Source of the DNA: an uncultured bacterium
GTDB taxonomy: Bacteria; Desulfobacterota; Deferrimicrobia; Deferrimicrobiales; Deferrimicrobiaceae
Assembly: GCA_963764045.1 (NCBI GenBank)
Contig: CAVXQW010000007.1
Coordinates: 173,630-237,629 of the forward strand
Direction: 5' to 3'
Length of the DNA: 64,000 bases
Shown here: positions 41,255 through 52,358 of the stretch, piece by piece
How the letters are laid out: every line of letters begins with the position of its first letter
Numbering within the stretch: the stretch's first letter is position 1
Notes under the pieces: generated by a model
Seen by the model: the letters and a program-made list of their open reading frames with translations, nothing else
Database searches by the model: none
What the model was told of the DNA's origin: nothing
Made by a program: the position numbers and the translations under genes

Positions 41255-42225
41255 ATGAAGGCGCAGACGCGGAACGCGGTCGCGGCGGCGGTCGTCCTCC
41301 TGGGCCTGTGCGCGGTGCCGTTCCTCGCCGGAAAGTTCGCGATCTACCTCACGATGCGGATCATGCTCCTGGGGATCTTCGCCGTCGGGTACAACCTCCT
41401 CCTGGGGCAGACGGGGCTCCTCTCCTTCGGGCACGGCGCGTTCTACGCCGCCGGCGCCTACGGGCTCGGGCATTTTCGGGGCCCACGTCTCCACCCACCC
41501 CCTTCTCGGGGTGGCGGCGGGGGTCGTCGCGGCGGTCCTCCTCGCGCTCCTGGTCGGCTACCTCTGCGTCCGCCACACGGAGATCTACTTCGCGATGCTG
41601 ACCCTGGCGTGCGGGATGATGGCCTTCTCCTTCTTCTGGAACGCCCGGGAGATCACCGGCGGCGACGACGGGCTGATCGGCATCATGCGCGCCCCCGTCT
41701 CCCTCTTCGGCGGGATCAGCGATCCCGATCGGAAAGGACGAACAGTTCTATTTCTTCGTGCTCTTCTTCTTCGCCCTGAGCGTGTGGGCCGTCCACCGGA
41801 TCCGGCAATCCCCCTTCGGGCTGGCCCTCGCCGGGATCCGGGAGAACGCGCGGCGCAGCGAATTCGCCGGCGTTCCGGTGCGGCGCTACCGCCTGGCCGT
41901 CTTCGTTCTGAGCGGGGCGTTCGCGGGCCTTGCCGGATCGCTGGAAGCGCTCCTGGAGAGCAACGCGCGCCCCTTCATGGCCCACTGGACCCATTCCGCG
42001 GAGCCGGTCCTGGTCAGCCTGCTGGGCGGGCTGTCGTCGCTCACGGGCCCCCTGGTCGGCAGCGCGATCTACATCGCGATGCGCGAGATCATCCAGCGGT
42101 TCACCGAGAACTGGATGCTGGGGTTCGGGATCGTCCTCCTGGTGATCATCATGGGATTCCGCGGCGGGGTCATGGGGACCCTGTCGGCCCTGTTCCGGAA
42201 GGCCGCCGCCCCGGGGGAGGGATAA
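41255..42225 (+). CDS. livM: Branched-chain-type ABC permease (LivM-like), frameshifted
   Basis: LLLGQTGLLSFGHGAFY, IYFAMLTLA, TGGDDG, SPFG..GIREN. Confidence 0.88.
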
Positions 42226-42231
42226 CGCGGG

Positions 42232-43014
42232 ATGGGCGAGCCCCTGCTCACGACGCAAAGGCTGTCGAATCATTTCGGGATGGTCTGCACGGCGCGGGAG
42301 CTCGACCTGCGGTTCGAGCAGGGCGTCCTCACCTCCATCATCGGGCCGAACGGAGCGGGAAAGTCGACGCTGATCAACCTCCTCACGGGGCACCTCCCGG
42401 TGCAGGCCGGGAAGATCCGCTTCCAGGGGCGGGACATCACCCGCCTCCCCATCCACAAGCGGGTCCGCATGGGGATCTGCCGTTCGTTCCAGATCGTCAA
42501 CGTCTTCCCGGAGCTCACCGTCGCGCAGAACGTGATGATCCCGGTGCTGGCGCGGACGGGAAGGTCGTGGAGGCCGATCCGGAGCCTCTCGCGGGAGACC
42601 GCGGCCCTGCGGGAGACGGATGCGATCCTGGAGAAGGTCGCACTGCTTCCGGAACGCGACACGCCCGCCACCGCGCTGTCCCATGGAGACCTTCGCCTTC
42701 TGGAGGTCGGCGTTGCGCTCGCCGCCGCCCCGACGCTGCTGTTTCTCGACGAGCCCACCGCGGGGATGAATCCCGTGGAGCGGGTCCGCCTCCTCGACAA
42801 CATCCGCCAGCTCGCGCGCGAGGGGCGCACCACCTTCGTGGTGGTGGAGCACGACATGGACGTGGTGTTCTCCCTGTCCGAGCGGATCGTCGTCCTCCAC
42901 CGCGGGGAGATCCTCTGCGACGGCACCCCCGCGCAGGTCCGGGCCGACGCGAAGGTGCGCGAAGTGTACCTGGGCGACGACGTGTCCGAACTCTTCAGGT
43001 ACCAGGAGGAGTGA
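42232..43014 (+). CDS. livG: ABC ATP-binding subunit (LivG-like)
   Basis: GPNGAGKS, LSHGD, LDEPTAG, VEHDM. Confidence 0.93.
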   Translation: MGEPLLTTQRLSNHFGMVCTARELDLRFEQGVLTSIIGPNGAGKSTLINLLTGHLPVQAGKIRFQGRDITRLPIHKRVRMGICRSFQIVNVFPELTVAQNVMIPVLARTGRSWRPIRSLSRETAALRETDAILEKVALLPERDTPATALSHGDLRLLEVGVALAAAPTLLFLDEPTAGMNPVERVRLLDNIRQLAREGRTTFVVVEHDMDVVFSLSERIVVLHRGEILCDGTPAQVRADAKVREVYLGDDVSELFRYQEE

Positions 43015-43018
43015 TCCC

Positions 43019-43721
43019 TTGATCCTCGAAGCGGCGAACGTCAATACGTTCTATGGGACGAGCCACATCCTCCAGGATGTTACCCTCTCCGTCGGGGAGG
43101 GGGAGGTGGTCGCCCTGCTGGGCAGGAACGGCGTCGGCAAGACCACGACGCTGAGGTCGATCATGGGGCTTTCCCCGCCGAAGCGGGGGTCGATCCGCCT
43201 GCGCGGGAAGGAGATCGCCGGCCTTCCACCGTACGAGGTCGCCCGCCTCGGGGTGGCGTACGTCCCCGACGATCTGCGGATCTTTCCCGACCTCACCGCG
43301 GAGGAGAACCTGGAGATCGCGCAAAAACTCTCGGGGCGGCAGGGGCACTGGAACCGGGAGCGGGTGTACGAGCTGTTCCCGAAGCTTGTCGGATCTCGCC
43401 TCCGCGAAAGGGATCAACCTGTCGGGTGGAGAGAAGAAGATGCTGGGGATCGGCCGGGCGCTGATGGCGAACCCTTCGCTGATCCTGCTCGACGAGCCGT
43501 CCGAGGGGCTCGCGCCGCTGGTGGTCGCGAACCTGGTGGAAGTGCTCGGTCGCATCCACGCGCAGGGGGTGACGATCCTGCTCGCCGACCAGAACCTGAA
43601 ATTCTGCCGGAAGGTATGCGGCCGGGGATACATCATCGAGAAGGGGGCGGTCCGGTTCGGCGGAGGGATGGAGGAGATCTGGGGGAACGAAGAGGTCATC
43701 CGGAAATACCTGGTGGTGTAA
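43019..43721 (+). CDS. livF: ABC ATP-binding subunit (LivF-like), frameshift near 43390
   Basis: GRNGVGKTT, LSGGE, LLDEPSEGLAP. Confidence 0.9.
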
Positions 43722-43731
43722 GGAGCGCAAC

Positions 43732-44496
43732 GTGGGTGCGGACCTGTTCGACCTGACGGGGAAAACGGCGCTGGTCACCGGCGCATCGAAGGGGTTGGGG
43801 CGCGCCATGGCGCTGGGCCTGGCGAAGGCCGGGTGCGGCCTGGCGCTGTGCGCCCGGGACGCGGGGGGGCTTCGGGAAACCCGCGCGGCGGCCGAGGCGT
43901 TGGGGGTCCGGGCGGAGACGTTCGCGATGGACGTTCTGCGCCGGGAGAGCGTGGCGGAGACGGTCGAAGCGGTCGCCGGCTCGTTCGGCGGGATCGACAT
44001 CCTGGTGAACAACGCCGGGGTGAACGTCCGCAAGACCACCCTCGACCTGTCGGAGGAGGAGTGGGACCGCGTCCTCGACACGAACCTGAAGGGGTACTTT
44101 TTCGTCGCGCAGGCCGTGGCCCCGCACATGATCCGGCGGAAACGGGGGAAGGTCATCCATATCTCCTCGATCTTCGGCGCCGTGGGGATGAACAACCAGC
44201 TCGCGTACGCCTGCAGCAAGGGCGGCATCAACCAGATGACGAAGGTGATGGCGATCGAGTGGGCGCCGCACAACGTCCAGGTGAACGCCATCGGGCCGAC
44301 GTACTTCGAGACCCCCCTGGTGGCGACGCTGCGGGACGACCCGGAGCGGTTCCGGTTCATCAACGAGCGCACGCCGATGGGCCGCTGGGGGCAGCCGGAG
44401 GAGCTCGAGGGGACGGTGGTCTTCCTCGCCTCGAAGGCGTCGGATTTCATCACGGGGCAGACGATCTACGTCGACGGCGGATGGACGATCTGGTGA
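43732..44496 (+). CDS. Short-chain dehydrogenase/reductase (KduD/Gno-like)
   Basis: TGASKGLG, NNAG, YACSKGG, NAIGPTY, DGGW. Confidence 0.9.
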   Translation: MGADLFDLTGKTALVTGASKGLGRAMALGLAKAGCGLALCARDAGGLRETRAAAEALGVRAETFAMDVLRRESVAETVEAVAGSFGGIDILVNNAGVNVRKTTLDLSEEEWDRVLDTNLKGYFFVAQAVAPHMIRRKRGKVIHISSIFGAVGMNNQLAYACSKGGINQMTKVMAIEWAPHNVQVNAIGPTYFETPLVATLRDDPERFRFINERTPMGRWGQPEELEGTVVFLASKASDFITGQTIYVDGGWTIW

Positions 44497-44513
44497 CCGG
44501 CAAAGGAGCTCCC

Positions 44514-45044
44514 ATGGAGGCGATGGAGGCGATCCTGTCCCGCAGGAGCATCCGCCGGTACATGCCGGATCCATTGCCGGAGGAGGCGATCCGGCGGGTC
44601 CTGGAGGCGGGGATGGCCGCTCCGTCCGCGGGGGACGAACGTCCGTGGCACTTCGTGGTGATCACCGACAAGGGAATGCTCGCGGGGATCCCGGGATTTC
44701 ATTCCCTTTCCCGGTTCGTGCCGAACGCGGCGGCGGCGATCCTCGTGTGCGCGGACCTTACCCGTTCGAAATACCCGCCGGCCGATTACTGGGTCCAGGA
44801 CTGTTCCGCCGCGACGCAGAACATCCTGCTGGCCGCCCACGCGACGGGGCTCGGTGCGACCTGGCTCGGCGTGCATCCCGAGAAGGTGCGGATCGACGGT
44901 TTCCGCGCGCTGTGCGGCCTTCCCGAATCGATCGTCCCCTTTTCCCTGGTGTCCCTCGGTTTCCCGGCGGTGCGGAAAGAGAGGGAGGCCCGGTTCGACC
45001 TCTCGAGGGTCCACCGGGAACATTGGGCGGGGATGGAAGTGTGA
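44514..45044 (+). CDS. Nitroreductase-family flavoprotein
   Basis: RRSIRRY, APSAG, QDCSAATQNILLAAHATGLGATWLG. Confidence 0.9.
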   Translation: MEAMEAILSRRSIRRYMPDPLPEEAIRRVLEAGMAAPSAGDERPWHFVVITDKGMLAGIPGFHSLSRFVPNAAAAILVCADLTRSKYPPADYWVQDCSAATQNILLAAHATGLGATWLGVHPEKVRIDGFRALCGLPESIVPFSLVSLGFPAVRKEREARFDLSRVHREHWAGMEV

Positions 45045-46598
45045 TGCTCTCCGTAGACTCAGTTCCGCGCGATCGCCGACATCCCGTACCTCCAGGCGCG
45101 TCAAAGGGGCGGGAAGGCCGCCGTCGTCAGCGACGCGGGGGAGACGTTGTCGTATGCCGCGCTGGACGACCGTTGCCGCAGGTTCGCCGCCTTCCTTCGG
45201 TCCCGCTCTGTCGCTCCGGGGGAACGCGTCGCCCTCCTCCTCCAGAACGTTCCGGAGTTCGTCATCGCGTATTTCGGGGCGATCGCGGCCGGGTGCGTGG
45301 CGGTGCCGGTGAATTACCGGCTTTCCCCTCCCGAAATCGCCTACATCCTGTCGGATTGCGCCGCCTCCGTCGTCGTGACGACCTCGGCGCAGTTCGAAAA
45401 GATCGCCGGACAGGAAGGTGCGCGGGAGGTGGGAAACTGGCTCCTTGTGGATGGCCCGCGGGAAGGATCCGTTCCCTTCGGAAACGCCCTCTCTCCGGAG
45501 CCCATCTCCGCGCCGACGTTGGTGGCTCCCGACGACGTGGCCGTACTCCTGTACACGTCGGGGACCACGGGGTTTCCCAAGGGGGCGATGATCTCCCACC
45601 GGAACACCTTGTTCAACGTCGACTCCTGCCGTGCCACCCTCGGGTACGAGGAGAAGGACGTCGGTCTGATCACACTGCCGCTTTTCCATGTGACGGGGCT
45701 CCACTCCCAGCTGGTGGCCCTCCTGGCGTGCGGCGCGACCGTGGTGCTGCAGAAGGAGTACGACACGGGACAGGTTCTCGAGCGGATCGCCCGGAACCGC
45801 GTCACGGCGCTCTTTTTCGTCCCCGCGATCTACAAGCTGTTCACGCTCCGGAACGACATCGACCGCTTCGACCTCTCGTCGGTGAGGATCGCGGCGTACG
45901 GCGGCGCCCCGATGGCGCCGGAGACGATCGAGGCGCTGAACCGGGTGATGGCCGCCCGGCTCCACAACTGCTACGGGCTGACGGAGTGCTCGTCGCTGGG
46001 GACCGTCCTCCCGTCGGAGTACGCCCTCACCCGGTCCGATTCGGTGGGGCTCCCTGTCCCGGAAACGGAGGCCGAGGTGCGCGGCCCCGACGGGGGGACG
46101 CTTCCGCCCGGGGAGCCCGGGGAGCTGTACCTCCGGGGGCCGCACATCGTGCAGGGGTACTTCGGCGCGCCGGATAAGACGCGGGAAGCGATCGGGGACG
46201 GGTGGCTCAAGACCGGGGACATCGCCCGGATCGACGGGGACGGTTTCGTATACATCCTGGACCGGGCCAAGGACATGATCAACCGGGGCGGGGAGAAGAT
46301 CTACAGCCTCGAGGTGGAGAACGTCCTCTACATGTGCCCGGGGGTTGCGGAAGCGGCGGTGTTCGGCATCCCTCACCCCGTGTTCGGAGAGGTGCCGGCG
46401 GCCCGCCTGGTTCCGTTGCCCGGGGCGACGATCGACCCGGAGAAGATCCGGGCCTTCTGCCGCGCCCGTCTCGCGGACTACAAGGTCCCGGTACAGGTGG
46501 GGATCGCGGATCGGATCCCCCGGAACCCCGGGGGTAAAATATTGAAGAAGGAATTACGGAAAGAGTGGGAGAACCGCTCGCGGGAGGATGTCCGATGA
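45044..46598 (+). CDS. AMP-forming acyl-CoA synthetase (class I adenylate-forming), frameshift near the start
   Basis: YTSGTTGFPKG, YGLTE, TGD, GGEKIY, GKILK. Confidence 0.9.
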
Positions 46599-48043
46599 TG
46601 AACGGCGCGCAATACCTGGAAAGCCTGAAAAAGCGAAAGCCGAGAATTTTCTACCGCGGGAAGCGGCTGGACAGCCCGTATGACCATCCCGCGCTTGCAC
46701 CTCACGTCCGGACCGCGGCGGCGACGTACGACCTGGCGGTGGGCGGGCAGCACGACGAGGTCATGACGGCGACGTCGAACCTGGACGGGGCGAAGATCTC
46801 CCGGTTCACGCACCTGTTCTGGAGCGTGGACGACCTGATCCGGAAGATCGCCATGCTGCGGCTCATCGGGCGGGAGACGGGGACCTGCTTCCAGCGGTGC
46901 GTGGGGCTTGACGCGATCAACGCCCTCTGGTCGGTGACGTACGACGTCGACAAGGCGAAGGGGACGGAGTACCACCAGCGATTCCGGAAGTTCCTGGCAC
47001 GGCTGCAGCGGGAGGACCTCATGTCGGCCGGGGCGATGACCGATCCGAAGGGCGACCGGTCCCTCGCCCCCTGGCAGCAGACCGATCCCGACCTGTACGT
47101 CCACATCGTCGACCGGCGGCCCGACGGTGTCGTGATCCGGGGCGCCAAGACGCATATCACGGGGGCGGCGAACTCCCACGAGATCTTCGTGATGCCCACG
47201 CTCGGGCTTCCGCCGGAGGGGGCCGACTACGCGGTCGCCTGCGCCGTCCCGATCGACGCTCCGGGGCTTTCGCTCGTCTTCGGCCGGCAGAGCAACGACG
47301 AGCGGAAGGAGGAGACCGGCACGATCGACTGCGGCACGGAGTGGGGGGTGGTCGGCGGGGAGAGCACGCTGATCTTCGAGGACGTATTCGTTCCCACCGA
47401 GCGGGTCTTCATGGACGGGGAAGGGGACTTCGCGGGATCGCTCGTCGACCGGTTCTCGGCGTGGCACCGGGCGAACTACGGCGGCTGCAAGGGGGGGAAC
47501 GCCGACGTCCTCCTCGGCGCGACCGCCCTGCTGGCCGAGATCCACGGGACGATCAAGAACAGCATCGTGCGCGACAAGCTCACCGAGATCGTCCACCTCG
47601 TGGAGACGAACTTCGCGGGGGCGATCGGTTCCTCCGCGCTGGGGAAACAGCTCCCCGCGGGGAACTGGCTGGTGGATCCGCTCCTCGCGAACACGGTGAA
47701 GCAGAACGTGACCCGCTTCGTGTACCAGGTGGGGCGGCTCACGCACGACATCGCGGGGGGGCTCCTGTCCACCCTGCCGTCCGACGCCGATTTCCAGAGC
47801 AGCGAGGTGGGCGGCCTGCTGGAGAAATATTTCGCCGGGAAGCAGGGGTTCTCGACGGAGGACAAGCGGAAGCTGTGCCGGTACATCGAGGGGATGACGT
47901 CGGTGTCCACGCTGGTGGAGGCGCTGCACGGGGCCGGCTCCCCGCAGGCGCAGCGGATCGTGATGCTGCGGCAGGCGGACCTGCCGGAGAAGACGCGCCA
48001 GGCGAAGAAGGTGATCGGATCCGGGAGGAAGGATCGCAAATAA
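46595..48043 (+). CDS. abfD: 4-hydroxybutyryl-CoA dehydratase / vinylacetyl-CoA isomerase (FAD, [4Fe-4S])
   Basis: CFQRC, HRANYGGC and EALHGAGSPQAQ match the cluster-ligand and catalytic motifs of AbfD, not HpaB monooxygenases. Confidence 0.82.
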   Translation: MMNGAQYLESLKKRKPRIFYRGKRLDSPYDHPALAPHVRTAAATYDLAVGGQHDEVMTATSNLDGAKISRFTHLFWSVDDLIRKIAMLRLIGRETGTCFQRCVGLDAINALWSVTYDVDKAKGTEYHQRFRKFLARLQREDLMSAGAMTDPKGDRSLAPWQQTDPDLYVHIVDRRPDGVVIRGAKTHITGAANSHEIFVMPTLGLPPEGADYAVACAVPIDAPGLSLVFGRQSNDERKEETGTIDCGTEWGVVGGESTLIFEDVFVPTERVFMDGEGDFAGSLVDRFSAWHRANYGGCKGGNADVLLGATALLAEIHGTIKNSIVRDKLTEIVHLVETNFAGAIGSSALGKQLPAGNWLVDPLLANTVKQNVTRFVYQVGRLTHDIAGGLLSTLPSDADFQSSEVGGLLEKYFAGKQGFSTEDKRKLCRYIEGMTSVSTLVEALHGAGSPQAQRIVMLRQADLPEKTRQAKKVIGSGRKDRK

Positions 48044-48065
48044 GCGGGCAGGGGCGGGACCCGAT

Positions 48066-49001
48066 CTAACCGTCCCGCTTCAACTTCAGCAGCCGGATGA
48101 AATTCGTGTCCCGTTCCCTGATTTTCTCCGGCACGGAGACGTCGGAATACGAATAGATTCCCTTCCCCGTCTTCGTCCCCAGGTTTCCAGCGCGCACCGA
48201 TTCCACCATCCGCTCGGGTGCCGATTCCATCTTGTTCAGCTCGGGAGCCAGGTTGTCGATGACCCGTTTCCACGTGTCCAGTCCGCCGAAATCCGCCGTC
48301 TCGATCGGGCCGATGAAGGCCCAGCGGAAACCTGGCCCGGCCGTGATGGCGGCGTCGATGTCCCGCGCGTCCGCCACCCCTTCGTTCAGAAGGTGGAAGG
48401 CCTCCCGCACGATCGCGGCCTGCAGCCGGTTGGCGATGAAGCCGGGGACTTCCTTCTTCAGGAGGACGGGATGTTTGCCGATCTTCCGCATCAATTCCGT
48501 GGTGGTCTCGACGACCTGCCCGGAGGTCTTCTCGTGTTTCACGATCTCCACCAGCGGCACGAGTTGGGCGGGGTTGAAGAAATGGGTGATGATCATCCGG
48601 TGCGGCGTGGCCGAATGCTTCGCCATCCTCGAGATCGGCAGCGTGGAGGTATTGGAGGCGATGATCGCGTCGGGCTTCGCGATCCGCTCCAGCGTCCCGA
48701 ACAGCTCCCACTTCATCTCCAGGACTTCCGGGATCGCCTCCGTGATGAAATCCGCCTCTTTCACCGCCTCTTCCAGGTCCGTCGTCCGGGAAACCCGCCG
48801 AGGGCTTCCTTCTTCCGCGCCTCGGTGACGAATTTCTCCTTCACAAGAAGGGAGAGGCTGTCTTCCATCGCCCGGAACGCCCTGTCAAGGTAGCTCCTCG
48901 CGAACGTCGTGGAGGGAGACGGGAAACCCGGCAAGCGCATACAGCTGAGCGATCCCGTGGCCCATCACTCCCGCTCCGATAACGGCGACTTTCCTGATCA
49001 T
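48066..49001 (-). CDS. 3-hydroxyacyl-CoA dehydrogenase family protein (frameshifts at 48770-48890)
   Basis: VIGAGVMGHG, EAIPE, ASNTS, HFFNP, GFIANRLQ. Confidence 0.87.
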
Positions 49002-49063
49002 GAGGCGAAATCCTCCTTGGTTCCCGCTGGCCGGCGATTGACGGGTTCGATCCCGGGAGCGAC

Positions 49064-49708
49064 TCACGTCCGGCTGACCACCCCGCGGTCGATGCGGAAG
49101 ACCCGGTCCAGCATGCCGGAGGAGTGCTTAAGATCGGACTCCGAGAGGATGATCGAAATCCCCTCCTTCTTCAGCGCGGACACGACCTCCACGAGGCGCA
49201 TGGAAAGAGCGGGCGCCACGCCCTCGAAAGGCTCGTCGAGCAGCAGGAGCTTCGTCCCGCTCATCAGGGCCCGGCCGAGCGCCACCAGCTTCTGCTGGCC
49301 TCCCGAGAGCTGCATCGCCTTTCGATCCGCGGAGGCTTTTACCTCGGGGATCATCCAGTAGACCAGCTCCAGGCGTTTTTCCATCTCCGGGGATCCGACC
49401 GCCCATGCCGGGACCAGGATGTTCTCCTCCACGGTCAGTTCCGGGACGAGCCGCCGGTCTTCCGGCATGAAGCCGAAGCCGAGCCGGCTGATCGCGTACG
49501 TCGGAACGGTTTTCAGGTCCTTCCCCTGGAACCGGATGGAGCCCCGGCGGTACCCGAGCAGCCCCATGATCGTCCGCATGAGGGTGGTCTTCCCCGCCCC
49601 GTTGCGTCCGATCAGGCCGGCCATCGCCCCGTCGGGAAGATCGAGCTCGACCCCGCGCAGGATCTCCACCGCGTGGATGGAAACGTCGAGATCCCTGATT
49701 TCAAGCAT
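49064..49708 (-). CDS. livF: ABC ATP-binding subunit (LivF-like)
   Basis: GRNGAGKTT, LSGGQ, LLDEPFEG. Confidence 0.9.
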   Translation of the reverse strand: MLEIRDLDVSIHAVEILRGVELDLPDGAMAGLIGRNGAGKTTLMRTIMGLLGYRRGSIRFQGKDLKTVPTYAISRLGFGFMPEDRRLVPELTVEENILVPAWAVGSPEMEKRLELVYWMIPEVKASADRKAMQLSGGQQKLVALGRALMSGTKLLLLDEPFEGVAPALSMRLVEVVSALKKEGISIILSESDLKHSSGMLDRVFRIDRGVVSRT

Positions 49709-50508
49709 GACCGGAACTCCCCGTATCCTGAGCGATGTTTCTTCTTGCGGCCGATCACCAGATCGAGCACTTCCTCGTCCGCCAGCACGTACTCCGGTTT
49801 CGCGTCGGCGATGATCCGGCCGTCGTAGAACGCCAGGGCGCGGTCGGCATAACGGGCCACGATGTCCATGTCATGCTCCACGAAGATCACCGTGATGCCA
49901 TCGGCCCGCACCGCCTCCATGACCATGTCCATGATTCCGAACTTCTCCTCGGCGCTTACCCCGCTCGTCGGTTCGTCCAGCAGCAGGATCCGCGGCTTCA
50001 CGATCATCGCCATCGCAATGTCCAGCAGCTTGCGGACCCCGCCGGGCAACGTCTTCGCCGGCTGGTCCCCGTACTCGGTCAATGCGAACCGCCCCATCAT
50101 GGTCCGGGCCGCCTCCGTGGCGGTGCCCTTGTGTCCCGGAATCGTTTTCTTGCCGCGGGAAAAGATCCCCCTCTTCATGTTCAACCGGGCGATCCCGAGC
50201 CCGATCAACAGATTTTCCTCCACGGAAAGGGTGTCGTAGAGCTGCGGGATCTGGAAGGACCGGCAGATCCCCAGCCGTGTGATCTCGCGCGGAAGAAGGG
50301 GGGTGATATCCCGATCGAGGAAGTGAATCGTACCGGAGGTCGGCTTCAGGTATCCCGTGATCATGTTGATGAAGGTGGTCTTCCCGGCGCCGTTGGTGCC
50401 GATCAGGCCGACCACGGCGTCTTTCTTGAACTGCACGGAAATATTCTCCGCCGCCGTCACGGCGCCGAAGTTCTTGTGGACGCTTTTCGACTCGAGGATC
50501 ACTTCCAT
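49612..50508 (-). CDS. livG: ABC ATP-binding subunit (LivG-like); the 3' overlap with livF is probably an indel artefact, true end near 49700
   Basis: GTNGAGKTT, LPGG, LLDEPTSG, VEHDM. Confidence 0.88.
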   Translation of the reverse strand: MEVILESKSVHKNFGAVTAAENISVQFKKDAVVGLIGTNGAGKTTFINMITGYLKPTSGTIHFLDRDITPLLPREITRLGICRSFQIPQLYDTLSVEENLLIGLGIARLNMKRGIFSRGKKTIPGHKGTATEAARTMMGRFALTEYGDQPAKTLPGGVRKLLDIAMAMIVKPRILLLDEPTSGVSAEEKFGIMDMVMEAVRADGITVIFVEHDMDIVARYADRALAFYDGRIIADAKPEYVLADEEVLDLVIGRKKKHRSGYGEFRSCLKSGISTFPSTRWRSCAGSSSIFPTGRWPA

Positions 50509-50509
50509 T

Positions 50510-51451
50510 TCAAGCCCTCTTTCGGCGGGAGGCGAAGACGGACCACATCCCCGCCGGCAGGAATACGATGACCACCAGCATGGAGGTCCCGAGGACCATC
50601 TGCCAGGTATTGGGGGAATATTCGTAGGCGTAGCTTCGGATCGTCTCGAAGATCAGGGATCCGAGGAACGGCGCGACCACGCTCCCGGTTCCGCTGAGGA
50701 TCGTCACGAAGACGAATTCGCCGGAGGTGGTCCAGTACGCCATTTCCGGATCGATGTGCCCGACCGTCATCCCGGTGAGCGCCCCTCCCAGACCGGCGAG
50801 GGCTGCCGCGATCACGAACTTGACGTGGATGGCGTGACGGACGGAGGCGCCCATGTATTCCACCCGCAGTTCGTTGTCCTTGATCGCCGGGGAGAGGCTT
50901 CCCAGCGGGGTCTTCTGGTACCAATGGACGGCCAGGGCGACGAGAAAGGTCGCGACGACCGCCACGGCGAACACCATGTACCGCGTCGAGGCCTCCACCA
51001 GCTTGGCCCCGAACAGGGTGGGCACCGGAACGTTGAAGCCGTCGCTGCTGCCCAATGCCGCCGTTTTCACCAGCAGCCCGTACAGGATCATGGAAAAGGC
51101 CATGCTCAACATCGCGAAGAAGATGTCCCGGTATTGCGCGACGAGGAACCCCAGGATGAAGGCGAGCAGGGCGGCGGCGGCGGCGCCGGTGACGAGCAGC
51201 AGAAAGACGTCCGATACGTCGAATGCCGTCCCCATGCCCCCGGCCGCGTAGGCGCCGAGGCAGTAGAAAAGCCCCTGTCCGAACGACACCAGGCCGGTTC
51301 GCAGCAGCAGCATCAGGCCCAGGACCACGAACCCCTTTCCGATCGAGAGGGTGACCAGGAAGAGGACCCACTGCGGCAGGAAAGGCCCCGCCGCCAGCAG
51401 GATCGCGAGCGGGAGGCCCAACGCCAGGAGGGTCGGATCGATTCGCTTCAT
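50510..51451 (-). CDS. livM: ABC permease (LivM-like)
   Basis: LRTGLVSFGQG, IFFAMLSMAFS, GSSDG, IKDNELR. Confidence 0.9.
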   Translation of the reverse strand: MKRIDPTLLALGLPLAILLAAGPFLPQWVLFLVTLSIGKGFVVLGLMLLLRTGLVSFGQGLFYCLGAYAAGGMGTAFDVSDVFLLLVTGAAAAALLAFILGFLVAQYRDIFFAMLSMAFSMILYGLLVKTAALGSSDGFNVPVPTLFGAKLVEASTRYMVFAVAVVATFLVALAVHWYQKTPLGSLSPAIKDNELRVEYMGASVRHAIHVKFVIAAALAGLGGALTGMTVGHIDPEMAYWTTSGEFVFVTILSGTGSVVAPFLGSLIFETIRSYAYEYSPNTWQMVLGTSMLVVIVFLPAGMWSVFASRRKRA

Positions 51452-52344
51452 ATCTTGCGGGCCTCCGCGCTGCTGAACAGTCCCTTGGGGCGGAAAAGGA
51501 GCACGAGGACCATGACCAGGTAGATGCTGAAAAGCTCCACCTGCGGCAGGAAATGCACCGACGCGGACCGCACCAGTCCGACCATCAGCGCTCCGAGCGC
51601 CGCTCCCTTCAGGCTTCCCAGCCCGCCGATGACCACCACCGCGAACGCCAGAACGATCACCTCGACCCCCATGCCCGGGACGACGGAAACCATGGGCGCG
51701 GTGAACGCCCCGCCGACCGCGGCGAGCATGGCCCCGACCGTGAACGTGATGAGGTAGAAACGGGGCACCCGGATCCCCATCACCGCGCTCATTTCGCTGT
51801 CGTGGATCACCGCGATCAGCAATTTCCCCTGACGGGTGCGCTGGAGCACCCACGCAAGCGCGATTCCCGCCACCGCCGAGACCGCCAGGAGGATGAAGCT
51901 ATAGACGGGATAGGTCAGCCCGGCGAAATCGATGCTCCCGAGCATCCCGTACGGCTCCGAGATGGACAGGGAATCCACTCCCCATATGAGCTTGATCACG
52001 TCTTCCAGGATCAGGAACACGGAATAGGTCGCCAGCAGCAGGACGACCTCGTCCTTGCCGTACATGAAGCGGAGAAGACCCCGCTCGATCAGCGGCCCCA
52101 TCACCAGGCCGACCAGGACCGCCGACAGGGCAAGCATCCCGTAGCTCCCCAGGGGGGGATATCCGTGCGCCAGCCAGTATCCCGCCAGGGAGGCCGCCGT
52201 GTAGGCCCCGAGCGCGTACAGGCTGCCGTGTGCGATATTCAGGATCTTCATGACGCCGTAGATGAGCGTGAGCCCGACGGCCACGATGAACAGCCAGGAA
52301 GAATAGATGATCCCGTCCACGACCGTTGACAGCAACTCGACCAT
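51448..52344 (-). CDS. livH: ABC permease (LivH-like)
   Basis: AVGLTLIYGVMKILNIAHG, VVIGGLGS. Confidence 0.92.
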   Translation of the reverse strand: MVELLSTVVDGIIYSSWLFIVAVGLTLIYGVMKILNIAHGSLYALGAYTAASLAGYWLAHGYPPLGSYGMLALSAVLVGLVMGPLIERGLLRFMYGKDEVVLLLATYSVFLILEDVIKLIWGVDSLSISEPYGMLGSIDFAGLTYPVYSFILLAVSAVAGIALAWVLQRTRQGKLLIAVIHDSEMSAVMGIRVPRFYLITFTVGAMLAAVGGAFTAPMVSVVPGMGVEVIVLAFAVVVIGGLGSLKGAALGALMVGLVRSASVHFLPQVELFSIYLVMVLVLLFRPKGLFSSAEARKI

Positions 52345-52358
52345 TCGGCGCTCCGGAA

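Noticed and set aside
46595-48043. 4-hydroxyphenylacetate 3-monooxygenase (HpaB) call
   Set aside because: Same fold family, but the Fe-S ligand motifs CFQRC and HxxxYGGC are present, which HpaB lacks.
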